A model generated the notes under the pieces. That model saw only the letters and a program-made list of their open reading frames with translations, was not told the origin of the DNA and searched no databases. Positions 62,069 through 64,000 of a stretch of DNA of 64,000 nt are shown here, piece after piece (positions within the stretch are counted from its first letter, which is position 1; every line of letters begins with the position of its first letter). The DNA comes from Candidatus Multivoradales bacterium (GTDB lineage: Bacteria; Acidobacteriota; Thermoanaerobaculia; Multivoradales; JAHEKO01). The translations under genes and the position numbers were made by a program. The stretch lies in assembly GCA_965248055.1 (NCBI GenBank), contig CBDFIJ010000004.1, forward strand, positions 2,464,001 through 2,528,000. The letters run 5' to 3'.

Positions 62069-64000
62069 ATGTCGGCGACTAGAGTTCGGATTATCTTGCC
62101 CAGAATCGGAAGGGGTTTGGTGAGTGTACTGCTGCTTGGTGTGCTGGTATCCGGAGGGGTGGGCTGTGCCAGCCACCAGACCTCTGTGTCTGATCCAGCC
62201 GAGGTCTTAACCTCAGATAGTGACCCCGCTGACGCAGAGACATCCGGGAATGCTGAGAGTAGCGATGGGTCCGGGGAGAAACCTGAAGAGTTGGCCGAGC
62301 CCCAGAATCAAATCGTACGTCTCGATCCTCGGGCAACCCCATCTCGGCAGAGAGTGTGGCTGCGCTTGGATCCGCAGCAAACGAGCTATCAGGGTGGGGT
62401 GGAAGTAGATATTGCGATCACCGAAGCGATACCCGAGCTCCAATTTCACGCCCAGGATCAAGAGTTCACAGCCTTGGCTCTCGAGGGGCCCGGTGGTGCG
62501 GTGGAGGTCGAAACGGTTCGAGAGTCCCAGGGGTTGGTTCGGGTGCGTTCACAGTCGGAGCTTGTGCCTGGGGACTACAAGTTACAGATCGACTTCACAC
62601 AGGACTTCAATACCCACGCGGTGGGCCTCTATCGCACGGAATACCAAGAAGCGTCCTATCTGTTTACCCAGTTTCAAGCCTTAGACGCGCGCCGAGCGTT
62701 CCCTTGCTGGGATGAGCCGGGGGTCAAGATTCCATATCAACTGACGATCTCGGTGCCGAGTGGCAATGAAGTCTTCACCAACACGCCGGTTGCGGACTCG
62801 CAGAGCGAGAACGGATGGTCAACCATCGAATTTGCCGAGACACCGCCCACGCCAAGCTACCTATTGGCCATCGCCGCGGGCCCACTGGAGTCGATTCCGG
62901 TGGAAGGACTGGACTTTCCTGCACGCATTGTGACCACCAAGGGATTCTCTGCGTTGGGCCAACTCGCCGCCGAGTTGACCCCACCGATCCTCGCCGCTTT
63001 GGAAGAGTATTTTGGTCAACCGTACCCCTACGAAAAGCTGGACCAAATCTCGGTTCCAGAGTTCTGGCCAGGGGCGATGGAGAATCCAGGCGCCATCACC
63101 TACGCCGACCGGATTCTGCTGCTCGACGGCGAACCGGGCGCGCGGCGTAAGCGTCGATTGACGCAAGTCATGGCTCACGAGTTGGCGCATATGTGGTTTG
63201 GCGATCTGGTTACCATGCAGTGGTGGGATGACCTGTGGCTGAATGAATCATTCGCGGCATGGTTGGAGAACAAGATCCCAGACGAGCTCTACCCCGAATT
63301 GCGGGCCGGAATGCAGGGGCGGGTTGCCACGCAGGGCGTCATGATTCGCGACTCTCGGCCATCCAGCCGAGCGATTCGCCGGTCGGTAGAGACCAGCGAC
63401 GATATCTTTGCCGACATTGGTGTCATCTACGAGAAAGGCGCGGGCGTGTTATCGATGGTGGAGCAATGGTTGGGAGAGGATGCATTTCGCCAAGGAGTGC
63501 GGCGCTACATGGAACAGCACCGCTGGGGCAATGCCACCTCGGAAGACTTCTGGACCGCGCTTTCGGCTGCCAGCGGTGAGGATGTCGCCGCGATCCTCGC
63601 CAAGTTTGTCCTGCAGCCTGGGCTTCCCTTGGTTCGCGTGGACCAAAGAGAAGGTCGTTACTGGGTCTCTCAGGAGCGGTTCCACGCTGCTGGAGTTGAG
63701 GTTGAGCCGATGACTTGGAGTATTCCGATTACCGTACGTTACCCAGATCAGAATGGCATCCAGCAACAGTCGGTGCTGCTGGAAGGGGAGCCGATTGCGT
63801 TGGAAACCACTTCGGAAGTGCAGTGGCTACTCCCGGATAGCGGGGCGAAGGGCTACTATCGATGGGTCATACCCAACGAAATGATGCTGCGTCTAACCGG
63901 GGATTCGTTTTCACCGCGCGAACGGCGGGCGACACTGGATAACGCCTCAGCCCTCCTCGATGCGGGGCTGTTGTCGGGCGCGGACTACTTGGCGCTGCTC
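62069..64000 (+). CDS. M1 family zinc aminopeptidase lipoprotein (3' end outside the window)
   Basis: AGGAGG RBS, lipobox GVGC, TQFQ..ARRAFPCWDEP, GAMEN at 63071, HELAH..WLNE in the same frame. Confidence 0.95.
   Translation, partial: MSATRVRIILPRIGRGLVSVLLLGVLVSGGVGCASHQTSVSDPAEVLTSDSDPADAETSGNAESSDGSGEKPEELAEPQNQIVRLDPRATPSRQRVWLRLDPQQTSYQGGVEVDIAITEAIPELQFHAQDQEFTALALEGPGGAVEVETVRESQGLVRVRSQSELVPGDYKLQIDFTQDFNTHAVGLYRTEYQEASYLFTQFQALDARRAFPCWDEPGVKIPYQLTISVPSGNEVFTNTPVADSQSENGWSTIEFAETPPTPSYLLAIAAGPLESIPVEGLDFPARIVTTKGFSALGQLAAELTPPILAALEEYFGQPYPYEKLDQISVPEFWPGAMENPGAITYADRILLLDGEPGARRKRRLTQVMAHELAHMWFGDLVTMQWWDDLWLNESFAAWLENKIPDELYPELRAGMQGRVATQGVMIRDSRPSSRAIRRSVETSDDIFADIGVIYEKGAGVLSMVEQWLGEDAFRQGVRRYMEQHRWGNATSEDFWTALSAASGEDVAAILAKFVLQPGLPLVRVDQREGRYWVSQERFHAAGVEVEPMTWSIPITVRYPDQNGIQQQSVLLEGEPIALETTSEVQWLLPDSGAKGYYRWVIPNEMMLRLTGDSFSPRERRATLDNASALLDAGLLSGADYLALL

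Noticed and set aside
62091-63766. Many short ORFs listed in the track near the window end
   Set aside because: They overlap the M1 aminopeptidase frame starting at 62069, which the track omits because no stop lies inside the window.

Overview
A 64-kb, mostly housekeeping stretch of a Gram-negative bacterial chromosome. Gene content and order suggest Acidobacteriota, possibly Thermoanaerobaculia-like (inference: Oar-type TonB-dependent receptor, mfd-PPIase-surA next to the dcw cluster, fused E1 alpha/beta dehydrogenase). Left to right: a decayed sulfatase-like membrane gene, a DegT aminotransferase and an arylsulfotransferase-like gene; biotin carboxylase and BCCP; lpxK-kdtA; a 10-gene type IV filament cluster (F-E-M-N-O-P-secretin-3 pilins) whose secretin is a lipoprotein with TPR-like and cohesin-like extra domains; dut; a TonB-dependent receptor; an SDR pseudogene; nth; yqgE; tRNA-fMet; an uncharacterised large lipoprotein; eno-ftsB; a CPA2 antiporter; mfd and two PPIases; the dcw cluster (mraZ to ftsZ, with four MraZ boxes, no murB or ddl); a VanZ-like gene; a frameshifted GT-C glycosyltransferase; TPP riboswitch and thiC; a YwaF-like gene; the E1 fusion; a triple TonB-C protein; argS; a macrodomain; and an M1 aminopeptidase running off the window. 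No CRISPR array, transposase, integrase or prophage gene was seen. The best candidates for under-described biology are the hybrid T2SS/T4P cluster with its cohesin-bearing liposecretin and the apparently untethered triple TonB-C protein. All calls come from motif recognition only; no database searches were run.
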